Shown here in pieces: positions 12,786-23,850 of a stretch of 37,389 bases of DNA (within the stretch, counting starts at the first letter, position 1; each line of letters starts with the position of its first letter). The notes under the pieces were generated by a model. It was not told the DNA's origin and did not search any database. It saw only the letters and a program-made list of their open reading frames with translations. The stretch comes from Phoronis australis (lineage: Eukaryota; Animalia; Phoronida). A program made the translations under genes and the position numbers. The DNA is taken from positions 100,183-137,571 of the forward strand of contig NMRA01000807.1 of assembly GCA_002633005.1 (NCBI GenBank), in the 5' to 3' direction.

Positions 12786-13018
12786 GGTGGATTTTGCTGA
12801 AACTTTCAAAATTTAATATTTAGCCATCAGTCTCAAAAACCCTGTTAGGATTTTCGATATAAAGACCTAATGTAATGTGACAAAGACGAATACGACTTCC
12901 GTTTTTTACGAGTTGATTTGTCACAGAAACCAAACGAAAAGACTAATCGAAAATTTCTAAAAGCGTTTTTGAGGTAACTGATGAAGTTTCATTTAAAAAA
13001 GTTTCATTAAAATCGACC
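12786..13018. repeat. long imperfect inverted repeat, probably transposon-internal
   Basis: GGTGGATTTTGCTGAAACTTT...CATCAG..CTCAAAAAC..TTAG.ATTTTCGAT pairs with ATCGAAAATTTCTAA..GTTTTTGAG..CTGATG...AAAGTTTCATTAAAATCGACC. Confidence 0.6.
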
Positions 13019-13881
13019 GAGGGGTTATTTTGCAATGAATGTACCTTTCTGAAAAATAAAATTTTGACTTAAACAAGGTTTTTACGTAAAAATAATAATG
13101 GTACATTGATACAAAAAGTATTTTCATATTCCCTAATATTTTTCTTTCAGAAAATATATACTTTTACTAGTTGACAGAGCTTAGTTTTTTGATATATGAG
13201 TTTGAATAGAGGCCACTAAATAAGGTAGGAGATAACCTTAATTGGACAGTAAAGTGAGATGACATAACGTACAGCTGCCGATTACATCAAGCATTGTCTG
13301 TAGAATGTGAGTGTGCCCATTTTGAGGAAAGTGTTTTAAAAAATGTCTTGTCTGATTTTTGTAGGTCGTCTAGTTGAGGGGAACAATCGACGATTTACTA
13401 CACTTGCTTATCTCGATTTTTTAAGGAATCGCCACCCTTGTTTATTTCCGGTGGGCCGGCGTGAACCCAGTATCAATGGTTTTCGTCATGCCTTTCCTAA
13501 TCCATATTCCTTAAGTCTTGGGAACTCAAAACACTCCGATTTTTCAGTATACGACATTTGGAGCAACAAACTACGGATTAGTCGGCATGTGAACTCTAAT
13601 CGTAAATGACAAATTTGAGTTTGTGGTGTAGACAATGCCAGTGAAACTAGAACACGCTTACTCTTCTGCATTACTTAATGGAACAGAGCACTCATTTTCG
13701 TCGTCATCATCATTGTCCTCATATTTGTTCCACTCGTCATTACCATGATCGCCATCATTTTCGCCATTGTTACCGTCGTTTTCTTTTTAGTGGTGAAAGT
13801 TGTTGCATTTGCTGTTTATTGACAAATCAAGAATACACAGTTCATAGCTAACATGTTGATAGCATCTATGTATTGTGTGAC

Positions 13882-14179
13882 CAGTGGCGGATCTAGGATA
13901 TCATAAGAGGGGGCCAACAATTTTTCTCGGCCAAACGCACAAAGTACGATTGCATGTGCGTGTCTCGAATTTCCGTGGATGTGGACCATCTAGTAAAACA
14001 CAGTCGGAGGATTAAAAAAAAAACGGGTGAACAATTGTTCCGGCTGTCTCAATCGGACACTTGCAATGCGGTTCTGCCCCCCCCCCCCTCGGCCGCATGT
14101 TACTTACCGACGTTAATTAGTGAACTCAATATTTCCTCACGCTCTTTCTGCCCCCCTCCGCCCCTTAGATCCGCCTATG
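13882..14179 (+). mobile_element. complete MITE, CAGTGGCGGATCTAG-TIR family (copy 2, hAT-like termini)
   Basis: Runs CAGTGGCGGATCTAGG...CTTAGATCCGCCTATG. Flanks TGTGAC/AGTGAC suggest a 6-bp TSD with one mismatch. Confidence 0.8.
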
Positions 14180-16119
14180 AGTGACTGCAGCAGACTACTG
14201 CTTTCAAAACTATTAAAACAGCTAATTACACCCATACAGTTCGGTCTAATAAAAAATAATTATTTTAGCAAACATTTGATTTATACAAGGAGTAGTAAAG
14301 CCACAACTGTAACTCACGAGTTGTGTCTTAAATCTGGAAATTAAGGTTGACAGCAAAGTCAAAAATGTGAGCAATGGATGATTTATAAATATACGTATGT
14401 CAAGTACTTGTACCGGAAATTTTGTAATGGTCGTGATTAGTCACACGGAAGGAAGATTAAACGTGTTTAATGTAGTTGAAATCATTCTGTCTGTACTGAT
14501 TACTATGTCTCGTCATGCGTGCAGAATGGAGTAAACTACGCTGTTTGTATGCCCTCATACACGGACGTATTTGTCAGGGTTTGTCTAACTATTGGTTGAA
14601 TCCGACGAGGAAAGCAGGTGTCGTTAATTGACTTACTTCAAGTAATATTGGTGGTACGGGTAAACAGTTGCAGCTAATCTACTGATGAAAGTCATTTGTA
14701 ATTTTTTCTCTTGGAGATATTCTGACTGACAGATTCCATGTAAGACTGAAACGCAAAAAACGAAGATAAACGATTCTGAAATTTCCAGATGCGATAATTT
14801 AAAGTACCGTCCCCATGCCGTGGACGAGAAGCATGTGTCATTAAGGGAATATTCCAGGCTTTTGCGAATTCAAGTGTTCATCCTGTTATGGGTTTGCGTT
14901 GTTACTGAACTTGAATTAAATAACTCCATCTTGAAAGACCGCGACGGCAATCTAATTAATAGCCAGTATTTATTCACAATGCAGCTGCGCACTGACCTTT
15001 TTTCCTAGCCTCGTTTCAACCTCCAGCGTGCAGTTTATTGGCTTCCTTACTGGTACTCGGACAGTGAGACTGTACAATTACCGTGCGAACATCAACATGA
15101 TACTACGATTATTATGATGAGGGGACGTTGGGAGAGCCAGCCTTCGTTGCTAAGTTACTCGACGTCATTTCTATGACCAGCTTGCAGTGATACTAGTCCA
15201 TTTTTCCCTGCTGCCATGTTGTGTTTGTTTCTAATTCTGCACAAAGCATAATTTCATCATCTGTCACTTTTAAATGGCAAAAACTTAAATTTATGTCGGG
15301 AATTTAGCCAGATATCTAAGAACTACAGAATTAAACTGAGTAAAAGTACATATATTTTTGAAAGTAGAATGTCTTTAGATTTTTTTTTACGTGACACCAA
15401 TCTGTCATTAATTGGGTAACGTGACCGTATCTTTTACTGAAATGTAGCAAAAAAGAAACGTAAGGTACATTGTTAGCAAAACAACGATAACAATAACATA
15501 ACCAAAATTCGTTTGACTCGAATGTCTGATGAAATCTCAAAAGCGTAAATTATCATAAGGCAACTTATGATTTTTTTTCTAAAATTCATAGAATTTCTGA
15601 CGTCATGCAAAAATGGAAGTGTTTGATCCCTTTCGGTTTTGACCATTCTCGAGATATTCAAGATTTTCCGATGACTGTTCTTTTATTGATTGACTTTTCA
15701 TACAGCAGTCTCGGCGTACTTTACAGAAAATGCGTATGTAAATGGGTCTCCCAAAATGCTACAAAAGGTTTTAGGGACGTTGTCATCTCCGACTTACTGT
15801 TCTGGAATTATTTGACATTTACCAATGACTAGCAATGGTACGTTTCTCGGGGTTCAGGGTGTTTGTTTGCACGAACACTACTCGTCGCAGTTTTCGACCA
15901 TTGACAGCAAAATTTGTGCACTAGTATGTTATCGCGCGCTTCGCTTGCAATACATGGTAATATCTCGCGAAATATTGCGCGTTCTTGCATTTTTGCGAGA
16001 TTCTCGACTCTACGGAACGCACGCCTGGTTGCAAGCGTATCCTAGCAAAATGGCGGCCACTGAAGTGATTTGTCAGTGAGTTTGATGTCAGAGATTGACT
16101 GTAGGTTTGTTTAAAAGGT

Positions 16120-16290
16120 CAGTGGCGGATCTACGTTTTCAGCAAGGGGGGGGTTAGGATTCCCGCCAAGGTCGAATCCTAGGCGCGTGGCGCCGAGCTG
16201 GGGGAGGTCGGGAGGGGGGTTTCCCCTCCCGTGTAAGAATTTTTTTTGTTTTTGTAGCCAAATAGTGAAATTTCCATGCATCCTTATAAG
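16120..16290 (+). mobile_element. MITE fragment, CAGTGGCGGATCTA-TIR family (copy 3)
   Basis: Starts CAGTGGCGGATCTAC and has the internal G-rich hairpin shared with copy 1. Right end not found. Confidence 0.75.
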
Positions 16291-17364
16291 TTTCTGGCAC
16301 TTAACATGTCTCTGGAGTTTTTCTTAAGATAATTAAAAACCCTTCTCGATTTCGTCACATGAACTTGGCACATAAGTTTCGTGAAACCATATTGTGCACA
16401 TCTGGGTATGAGTCACGCCACCAGCAAAAAATTTTGTTGGAACATCTGCTTACACACCTTTTTAGCATACGATAAGTCGTATACGAAAAGTGTGGTGTGT
16501 ATACAGGGGTTTAGACAAATTCCACATATTCAAGAGCATAATTAAGGAGCACCGACGGGGCGTAAAAACTTGAATATCAGATGATCGCGTAACAGCAGCC
16601 TCAAGTTGTTTAAGAACGAAGACATGTACTGTTAGTCCGGAATTAANCGGTCAATTCACATCGGAAAAAATCCAGGCACTCAAAAATTTTACCAAAAACA
16701 CCAAATTTGACAGTTTTCTCCCCAAAATTGACACTTCCCTGCAAGTGCTAGGAAAAATCCGACTACAGATTCAGAATGATCGCACACTCTAAGTTCTAAA
16801 ATTGTGGTCACAGTATGCCCCTTACTAGCTACTTTTTTGGCAATTTTGATCTGTCTGACAGCCACCTGAAAAAGTCACCCGGTTTCTCGGACAGCAGGCG
16901 ACAGGGTTTGAAAGCAAATGACAGCCACCATTTTGCACCAAAAGTAGGTCACGGCTAAAAAAAATTGGCTTTTCTCATTGAAAAACACAAGTAAATCAGT
17001 TTCCTGGCATTTGTTTTCAACAAATTTCTCGAACAATCAGCCAAACCTGACATACGCCCTGTACATAAATTCTAGCGACTAGAAAATGCCCCCAACCCCC
17101 CTTGTGGCTGCAGCCTAACCGTCCAGTGCTACCTAACCCTTTCCCTTGCCAAGGTCCTCTCTAGAATCTTCCACGAGATGGCTCTGTTGTGCACTTTCCT
17201 GTGTACACTCTAGCAAGTCTTTTAGCTTCAACTACTATAGTTCATCTCAATATCCTCTTAATTTGAGCCCTTGTTATAACATTCTACTTATTTAGCGATC
17301 ACCCTGGCCAACCCGCGATCGAGAACGCCCGGAAGGCGATCGAGAACGAGACCTTACACCAAAA

Positions 17365-18453
17365 ATGGCAGACGACAGTCACGTACCCGGTGAGTTTAAG
17401 TGTCATTTTCTGCTTAAATAGAGGCTACTTTGGTACGAATGTTACACACAGAAAAGCGTCAGGGTGTAACCTTTGTTGTGGTTCTGAAATACTACTTGGC
17501 TTTTGCTTTTTTCAAATAAAGAGCTCAGAAAGCAATGACTTTCGGTAAAATGCCTTGCGCCTCGTAAAATCGACAAATTCTACATGTTATTAGCAATTCC
17601 AGGGTTCTTAAGGAGAGACGTGTGACGTTTATAGTTTAGTCGTCCCTGGTGACACCTTTGTTAGTTATGATTTGTGAAACAATTTGTGAGATATTTACCA
17701 ATACAAGCAGGTCCTTGTGTGAGACGGCGATCGGGAACGATGTCGTTAATTCTCTATGGCGATCGTGAACGCAAAAAAGGCGATCGTGAACGTACATTTT
17801 TTTCTCTGCATTGGCCTGAATAGTCGTTCAAGTTACGGTATTATGTCAATAATTTTAGAATAATGCGGAGCCTGAATTAGTTGATGGGTTGATTATTGAT
17901 TACATTTCGTCATTATTTCTAAGTGAGATTTAGTCTAACAAACATAACGGAATGCGTTTGATTTTTTTCAGTTGAACTCTTAATGTAGCCACGCGATGAG
18001 TCCTTCAGGGTGTTAACGTCCACGCCTTCAAAAAAGAGTAGTACAACTGCTGCATGTTACAACAGAGTGTGTGTGTGTTGTGGTGCCTTGTTCAGGAACT
18101 AAGAAATCGACTTAATTTGACCACATGGCAATAAAATACAGTGACACTACAACAAAGCAAGACCTTTACCAGCCCTGTGATTGACGCGTTGCATGCGTCA
18201 AGAGGTTTTTTACCAATATAGTAAAACACAGCATGAAGCATCGTGCTCAGGAAGCAAGTCGATTCAGTGTCCTATCTGTGATCCATGTTTCACAGAAAGA
18301 GTGTAGCCTGATGCGACACTGCGTCACAGCACGAGGACACTCCTTTTTGTGGTGAATGTGACATGTCATGCAAACAGTATGTCTCCTTCTGCAGGCATAG
18401 CAAGCAGAAACGCCATGAATGAAATCATTAAGTACAGTGCTGAAGGTTATTAA
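17365..18453 (+). pseudogene. element gene A: two exons, CxCCG motif plus RING-HC finger remnant
   Basis: Exon 1 is 17365-17389 (MADDSHVP, donor GTGAGT, phase 1), with acceptor TTTTTTTCAG ending at 17971. The spliced frame contains RVCVCCGALF (about 18064-18093) and KSIQCPIC (18256-18279). Adjacent frames give VTARGHSF, FCGEC and FCR (about 18323-18395). Several stops and frameshifts. Confidence 0.65.
17727..17792 (+). repeat. cluster of three internal 13-bp GCGATCGNGAACG boxes (left)
   Basis: Copies at 17727, 17759 and 17780. The same box occurs twice in the left TIR (17315, 17336). Confidence 0.9.
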
Positions 18454-19074
18454 GTCACTATAGTTTATTCAGATTTACAAAGTCTGTGGTTGGTAGTGGT
18501 CTGATGTGATAGTATTTTGACCTTTTGTTTTGAACCTTTTTTCCTCAAGTTTCTTTCAAAATTTGTATTATTTCAATAGGATCTTTAACAGAACCAGTAC
18601 ATTTTTATAGTGTTTAGGTAGATTGGGCAATACTTACACACAATTGCTCTGACCAATGAGTATTTTGAATGAAAATATACGTCTATGATTATTGTAGAAA
18701 TTGCTTTCATATTGCAGTTGATTTCCTGTGAGAGACTGTTATACTATCAATCAGCCCTAAATACATTGTCTATGATTCAGTGATGATTTAGTCATTCCAA
18801 AAGCAATTCGTTGGAAATGTTCAATGGATTTGTTTTTTTGATTTCCCTATAAATAAATTTATATATTTTTGTAAGACCAATTTTGAGGTATGTGTGTTAA
18901 AAGGTTAATATTATAATAGAAATGCTATAATATTGTTGGTTTCCTGTGTAAATGACTACAGTGTGTAGTTGAAGTGACGTTAATAACAACATGTTGACTA
19001 CGTTTTGAGAAAATCACAATATAGTATGTGTAATATAACTCTCAATCTTTTTCAATGTCACAGTAAACTCGAGA

Positions 19075-20284
19075 TCATGACCTGATGATGCAGGTGAACT
19101 TAGGACCAATACTACAAAACAAAAGAGTCAAACACAACGTACATTCAAGCCACACAGTGCCACAAGTCAATCTGTTCATCTCTGTATCGATGTTATCAGT
19201 AAAACATGAAGTAAAATCCCACTCGTTTATCAGCACACCAATTTACACAACTTCTGGCCAATTTTTTGATCCCAGACGTTTATGAGTGAGAATCATCTGG
19301 TGAAGTCTTGCCGCACTCCCCTCTCTCCCCATGGGCAAGGTCATCATCATTCTTTGACTTCACTCGCTAGTTGCTTTTTTTCCTTTTGCTGTCACAATTT
19401 TTTAATAAGATTTTACACTCGCTTTCATCTCGGTGCTGCAACAATTTGTTTACCCCTGGCTGACAGGCCACGTGGAGCAACTCCTGAGTGAGTCTTCAGT
19501 TTAGAAACCCTTGTTCTCAGTGGTTTGGTCTAAAAGTAGATGCCTGGCCTGTACTTTTCAAAACACTGGTCAGGTGTACCTTCACGTCGTGGGTAACATG
19601 TTCGACGAAGCTCGCCAGTGAACTTGTTTCCTGTAATGAGAAGATAAATTCGTTTGTGAAACTAAACTTGAATTACGCTTGATGTACATGTAGTGCTCAT
19701 GGCAATTTAATGGAAATATGCTATGTTGTTGTTCAGTTTTGATACGAAAGTAACACAGTAACGACACAAAATGTGATTAAATCATTGCACCACACTTATT
19801 GTGTAACCTTTTTCACGCTTTATAAGTAAAAAGTTCATTACTGTTCAACACACCACAATGCGTTCCTGATCGCATAAACAAACACAAGTTTGCGTTCCCG
19901 ATCGCTTATCGTTGCGTTCTCGATCGCATCTTTCAACAGAAAATCGTCGAAAAATCAGAGATCCTGACAAAACTACAAAAAGCAGGCGTGGCGTTATATT
20001 TTCACACCTCATTTCTTCATAAATCCGTGGTCAATTTATTGATTTAGTGCCAAAAATAACGGCAATTTGCCAAAATGACATTCAAATCACCTTCGGCTTA
20101 AGCGATGCCTCGGTCAACGTAACTTTTCTCCTATAATTGGGAGAGACACTAGCCTAAACCTCTACGTGCCCTTCCTAAATGTGTTACGCATTGAAGTCAT
20201 GTCTCTGTTTTCACAGTGGAAGTAAAAAAACAACGAAAATTCATCAAATTTACTCACCTTGCCTGACTTCGCTTCTCGCGCCAA
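19075..20284 (-). pseudogene. element gene B: two exons, basic region plus C-terminal PHD-like remnant
   Basis: Exon 1 is 20284-20258 ((L/M)AREAKSGK, donor AAG|GTGAGT), with acceptor CTCATTACAG before 19630. The terminal frame 19224-19075 reads EWDFTSCFTDNIDTEMNRLTCGTVWLECTLCLTLLFCSIGPKFTCIIRS*. Stops and a frameshift lie upstream. Confidence 0.55.
19861..19927 (-). repeat. cluster of three internal 13-bp boxes (right, inverted)
   Basis: CGTTCCTGATCGC at 19861, CGTTCCCGATCGC at 19893 and CGTTCTCGATCGC at 19915. TIR copies at 20289 and 20310. Confidence 0.9.
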
Positions 20285-20542
20285 ATTTCGTTCTCGATCG
20301 CTTTCCGGTCGTTCTCGATCGCGGGTTGGCCGGGGTGGCGATTGGATAATAAAAACCACATGATCTTATCTGATCATATCATTGGTTGTTACAATTTGCT
20401 CTCAGGAATTTCTAAAATCTCCAGAGTGCTTTGACCCCAGAACCAATGTTGCAAACACCATCTAAAAATAGATTTTGACGTTAAAATACATGCCAACAAG
20501 TTTGACCCCGTGATTTAAAAGTACATAACACAAATTTTGAGC

Positions 20543-20574
20543 AACTTAAAATGGATCTATTTTTACTAATTACT
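20543..20574 (+). repeat. 32-bp segment shared with the 3' end of the SINE-like element
   Basis: AACTTAAAATGGATCTATTYTTACTAATTACT, one mismatch to 3763-3794. Confidence 0.8.
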
Positions 20575-21479
20575 TAATCAATATTTATTCTGACAGTTGG
20601 AATGTTGAATTATGGCATAGAGTTCACTATTTCCGTTACATAAGCGAACATTTTTTGCCGCAGGCTCAGTGAGGGGACCACTATAACATGGTATATAATC
20701 TTTCTCTTACATTTGCTAGTTTAGTGCAACATTCAAGGGGTTTACTGTCACGAACACTTTTCAGAATAAATTTCGGAACACGTAAAATGTCTTGCTCAAA
20801 ATATTTATTTATAAACACAGACCTTCCGCGAGTTGCGCTGCGTAGATCCAAAGCCATAAGCCATGTACTTGCAGCTGTTTCATTGGGTGTACTTTTGTTG
20901 TGTATGTTCACGCAGTAAAAAACAAAAAAACGCTAAGTATTCATAGTCTTGAGATCACGCCTTCGCTTTAAAAGATGAGCCAGTCACATTGTATTTGGCT
21001 CGATGATTATTAGAGGCCACGTAAGTTTCCAGGGATGGAAGGAAAGGATCCCCGTCATTGTGTTTAATATGCAAGCCGGGTGTAAAGACGCCTAAAGTGA
21101 TATCAAACCTTGTTTTGGAGATTTCAATTAGATGGTTCTTTCATCTACTGTTACACAGTTAGTATCTTGCAGTAAGTATCTCGAATGTTCCTTGATTTTT
21201 GCCTCCTGAGAAGGAGGCTTGGTTTTGTATTTGTGTACATCAAGTATTTTGATTGATTGACATTTTCTGCTCAGTCACAGGTGCGTGGCTTTAGACCTTG
21301 CGGCTGACTTTCGTGGTCATGGACTGGTCTTAAGAAGAGTGGGACTGAAATTAAGTGGTTCAATAACAGAACTATTCATTTGGCCAAGTTTTCGACACAG
21401 CACATGAATGTGTGACATGCGCAGTTTTCGTCTGCCTCTGTAACCCACTTTTGATTTTATTCGTCATTTTACAACTAAG

Positions 21480-21940
21480 TTAAGGTAATGTACGTGGATA
21501 ACCCTAGAAAATGTCCAAATTTAGATACCTTCAAAACATCACATCTCAGTTAATTCATATAAAACTTGCAGACACTATGCTTTATGCACCGTTCTCGAAA
21601 ACGCTGAAAGGAATTGATTTTGAAATTTTCCATCTTTGCACGAGGAGCTATAAACGAAAACGAAATGATAAATAAAAAAACTACCACATCGTTTTTAAAA
21701 TTTTGTTTCAGACAGATATATCAAAATTTGATCATGTTTAATGATGTTTTGCTGTGCATGTATATTTAATTTTTGTTAAATTATACTCAAAATACTGGGC
21801 AATGTGAACCAAGTAGTTATAGTTTGGTATAGTCAAACATTAAATTCTACATACTTTTTACGTTCAGAAATATAAACTTTGACTGAATTAATTATTTAGA
21901 TATTTCACTAAATACACAGTCTTGTTTAAAAGGTCTTATA
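21480..21940. mobile_element. old DNA-transposon remnant, copy B, beginning TTAA|GG (Kolobok-like end)
   Basis: Colinear with 11130-11640 and starts TTAAGGTA. Superfamily inferred only from the TTAA-RR terminus. Confidence 0.6.
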
Positions 21941-22003
21941 TAACTTTACATGCTTCTCTTATATAACTTTACATGCTTCTCTTATATAACTTTACATGCT
22001 TCT
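21935..22003. repeat. perfect 23-bp tandem repeat x3
   Basis: CTTATATAACTTTACATGCTTCT three times. Confidence 0.95.
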
Positions 22004-23756
22004 TTCATGAAAAAGACATTATCTAGTTTCAGCCAAAGCGAATATAGGCAATGTTATTTCGTCAAACATATTATCAGCGAGACCAACTGTGAACAAATCG
22101 ATTTAAATGATGATTAATTATATTCTAAAATACACAAATTAGCTCAAAGTATTTGTTTTCGAGAGCATTGTTCATACGAGTCCACTTTGCACCGTAATGT
22201 ACATGTAAATTTCAAACATGAACCTGATCTTTCTGTATTTGTTTGCCATGAGAGTTTAGGCGTTTTGAGTCAACCGAACGCTATGGCATTTGGCAACCTT
22301 TACACAACAGTTATATAGATAAAATGTCAATAGACATTCACAAATTTAAATTGTATTTGTTCTTATCATTGTCTTTGATCAATGGCCTTTGGCTGTCCTC
22401 CTCAGCTACGTGTATACAGTGGCAGGTGGCGCTTGAAGTTTCCTGTGAGTGACCACGTCAAACTTGCTCTTGGATCTTTCCTACGGTGATACCCACGCTC
22501 ATTTGATATAACATACGTCATTTTCCGTACGAAGTTATAATGTATATATAAGTAGAGCTTGGGAAACTTTTTTTGCCTCCAAATCGGACCTTCATCTTTT
22601 CTAACAGAATTTTAACAAATGATACTGTTTTAATAGCCTAAAACCATACGTAGAGCTTCTTGCCATTTCTTTAAGCCCGCTTCTAAGCAACACACTATTT
22701 AACCAATCATACCAATAGTACCTTGAAAGAACCATTGAACATTTTCACGGCATCCTGTTTTCACTGCATAAAAACTCAGAGTAATGTTAAGTTTGGCCAA
22801 GTCACCAAAGCGAAAATCTGTACGTTATCGTCACACGCTCGCACCATGATACTTTTGTGATAAGTATTAGAGCAGTTTATTGAAGTCTTAATACAAATCA
22901 CTGTATCGCGATACTGTCATCGTAATGGCAAAGAGAACTGATTCTTAGTTATAAGTTGGCAAACTCAACGATTTAAGACGTATTTAAAATACATTGAACG
23001 GGAGATGTGATTGCCAAGATATAAGTGCCAATCCACATAACCTCGGAGTTTGACGGGATAGCTTAAGTATTTTATTTTTCCAGCCAAATACGGTGGTGTA
23101 AATGAAGTAATATCTAATCGAGGTACATTTTGTATTTATCCCATACTCTTCGAGTTCCTGAGATTTTTCATTTTTCTGCTAATTTTTCAAATACTTCACT
23201 AAGACTGTTCACGTGGCGGATCACATTCTATATGTATGTACTTGCGCGTTAGGTTGCAAGATTTCTCTAGTAAAAGAAACGGTTTTAAATGAAACGATTT
23301 ATTACTTGAAAAGAGATAAAGGGGATGAAAACAACGGTAACTTTGCACTGAACTTGAAAATAAAATAGTTAAATAACAGCAATATTAGGTATTGTAGTTA
23401 CCGAGGAATCAGCGCCTGAGTTGCAGACGATACAATATTTAGCAAATGAAATCTGAGACAGAATGTCATATAATTAACAGTCCTGTTCCAGATGTTACGA
23501 TTGAGACACGATTGCTTGTTGAGTGTTATTTTCACTGCTACAATTGTATTACTTTAAACTATTTTCCGAAAGTTTGGTGATCTAACCGGCTAGCGACGTC
23601 GAGTCCACATTGCTCTACCTTTTGAACTTTCTATGTCAGAGGTCACTGTTGAAGTAGTGCGAGAGGTGAATACGGAAAAAAATATTACATGGCCGTATTT
23701 CCCTCGACAGATTCAACGCGTATGGGATAAAGTATATGTAGTAATGTACATGACAA

Positions 23757-23850
23757 CTGACTGACTCTGACTCTGACTCTAGGCATTGTCCATCCACTGC
23801 AGGATGTAGCCCTTCCACAATGCTTTCCAATTTTTTCTGTTCATGACAAC
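23757..23850 (-). mobile_element. 3' end of an RTE-type LINE (or partner SINE) with (AGTCAG)n tail
   Basis: The minus strand encodes VVMNRKNWKALWKGYILQWMDNA*, like RTE ORF C-termini (R-x-x-W...Y-x-x-QW), followed directly by a short tandem-repeat tail. Confidence 0.7.

Larger units (their letters stand above)
17300..20337. mobile_element. non-autonomous CAC...GTG DNA transposon with 5-bp TSD (Transib/RAG/Chapaev-type ends) carrying two convergent pseudogenes
   Basis: TIRs at 17300-17349 and 20288-20337 (47/50 identical, CACCCYGGCCAACCCGCGATCGAGAACG...). GCGAT duplicated at 17295-17299 and 20338-20342. Confidence 0.93.

Noticed and set aside
19153-20218. Canonical RSS heptamers CACAGTG at 19153 and 20212 inside the RAG-like element
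   Set aside because: No ACAAAAACC-like nonamer at 12 or 23 bp, and a 7-mer is expected by chance. The TIRs also lack a canonical nonamer.
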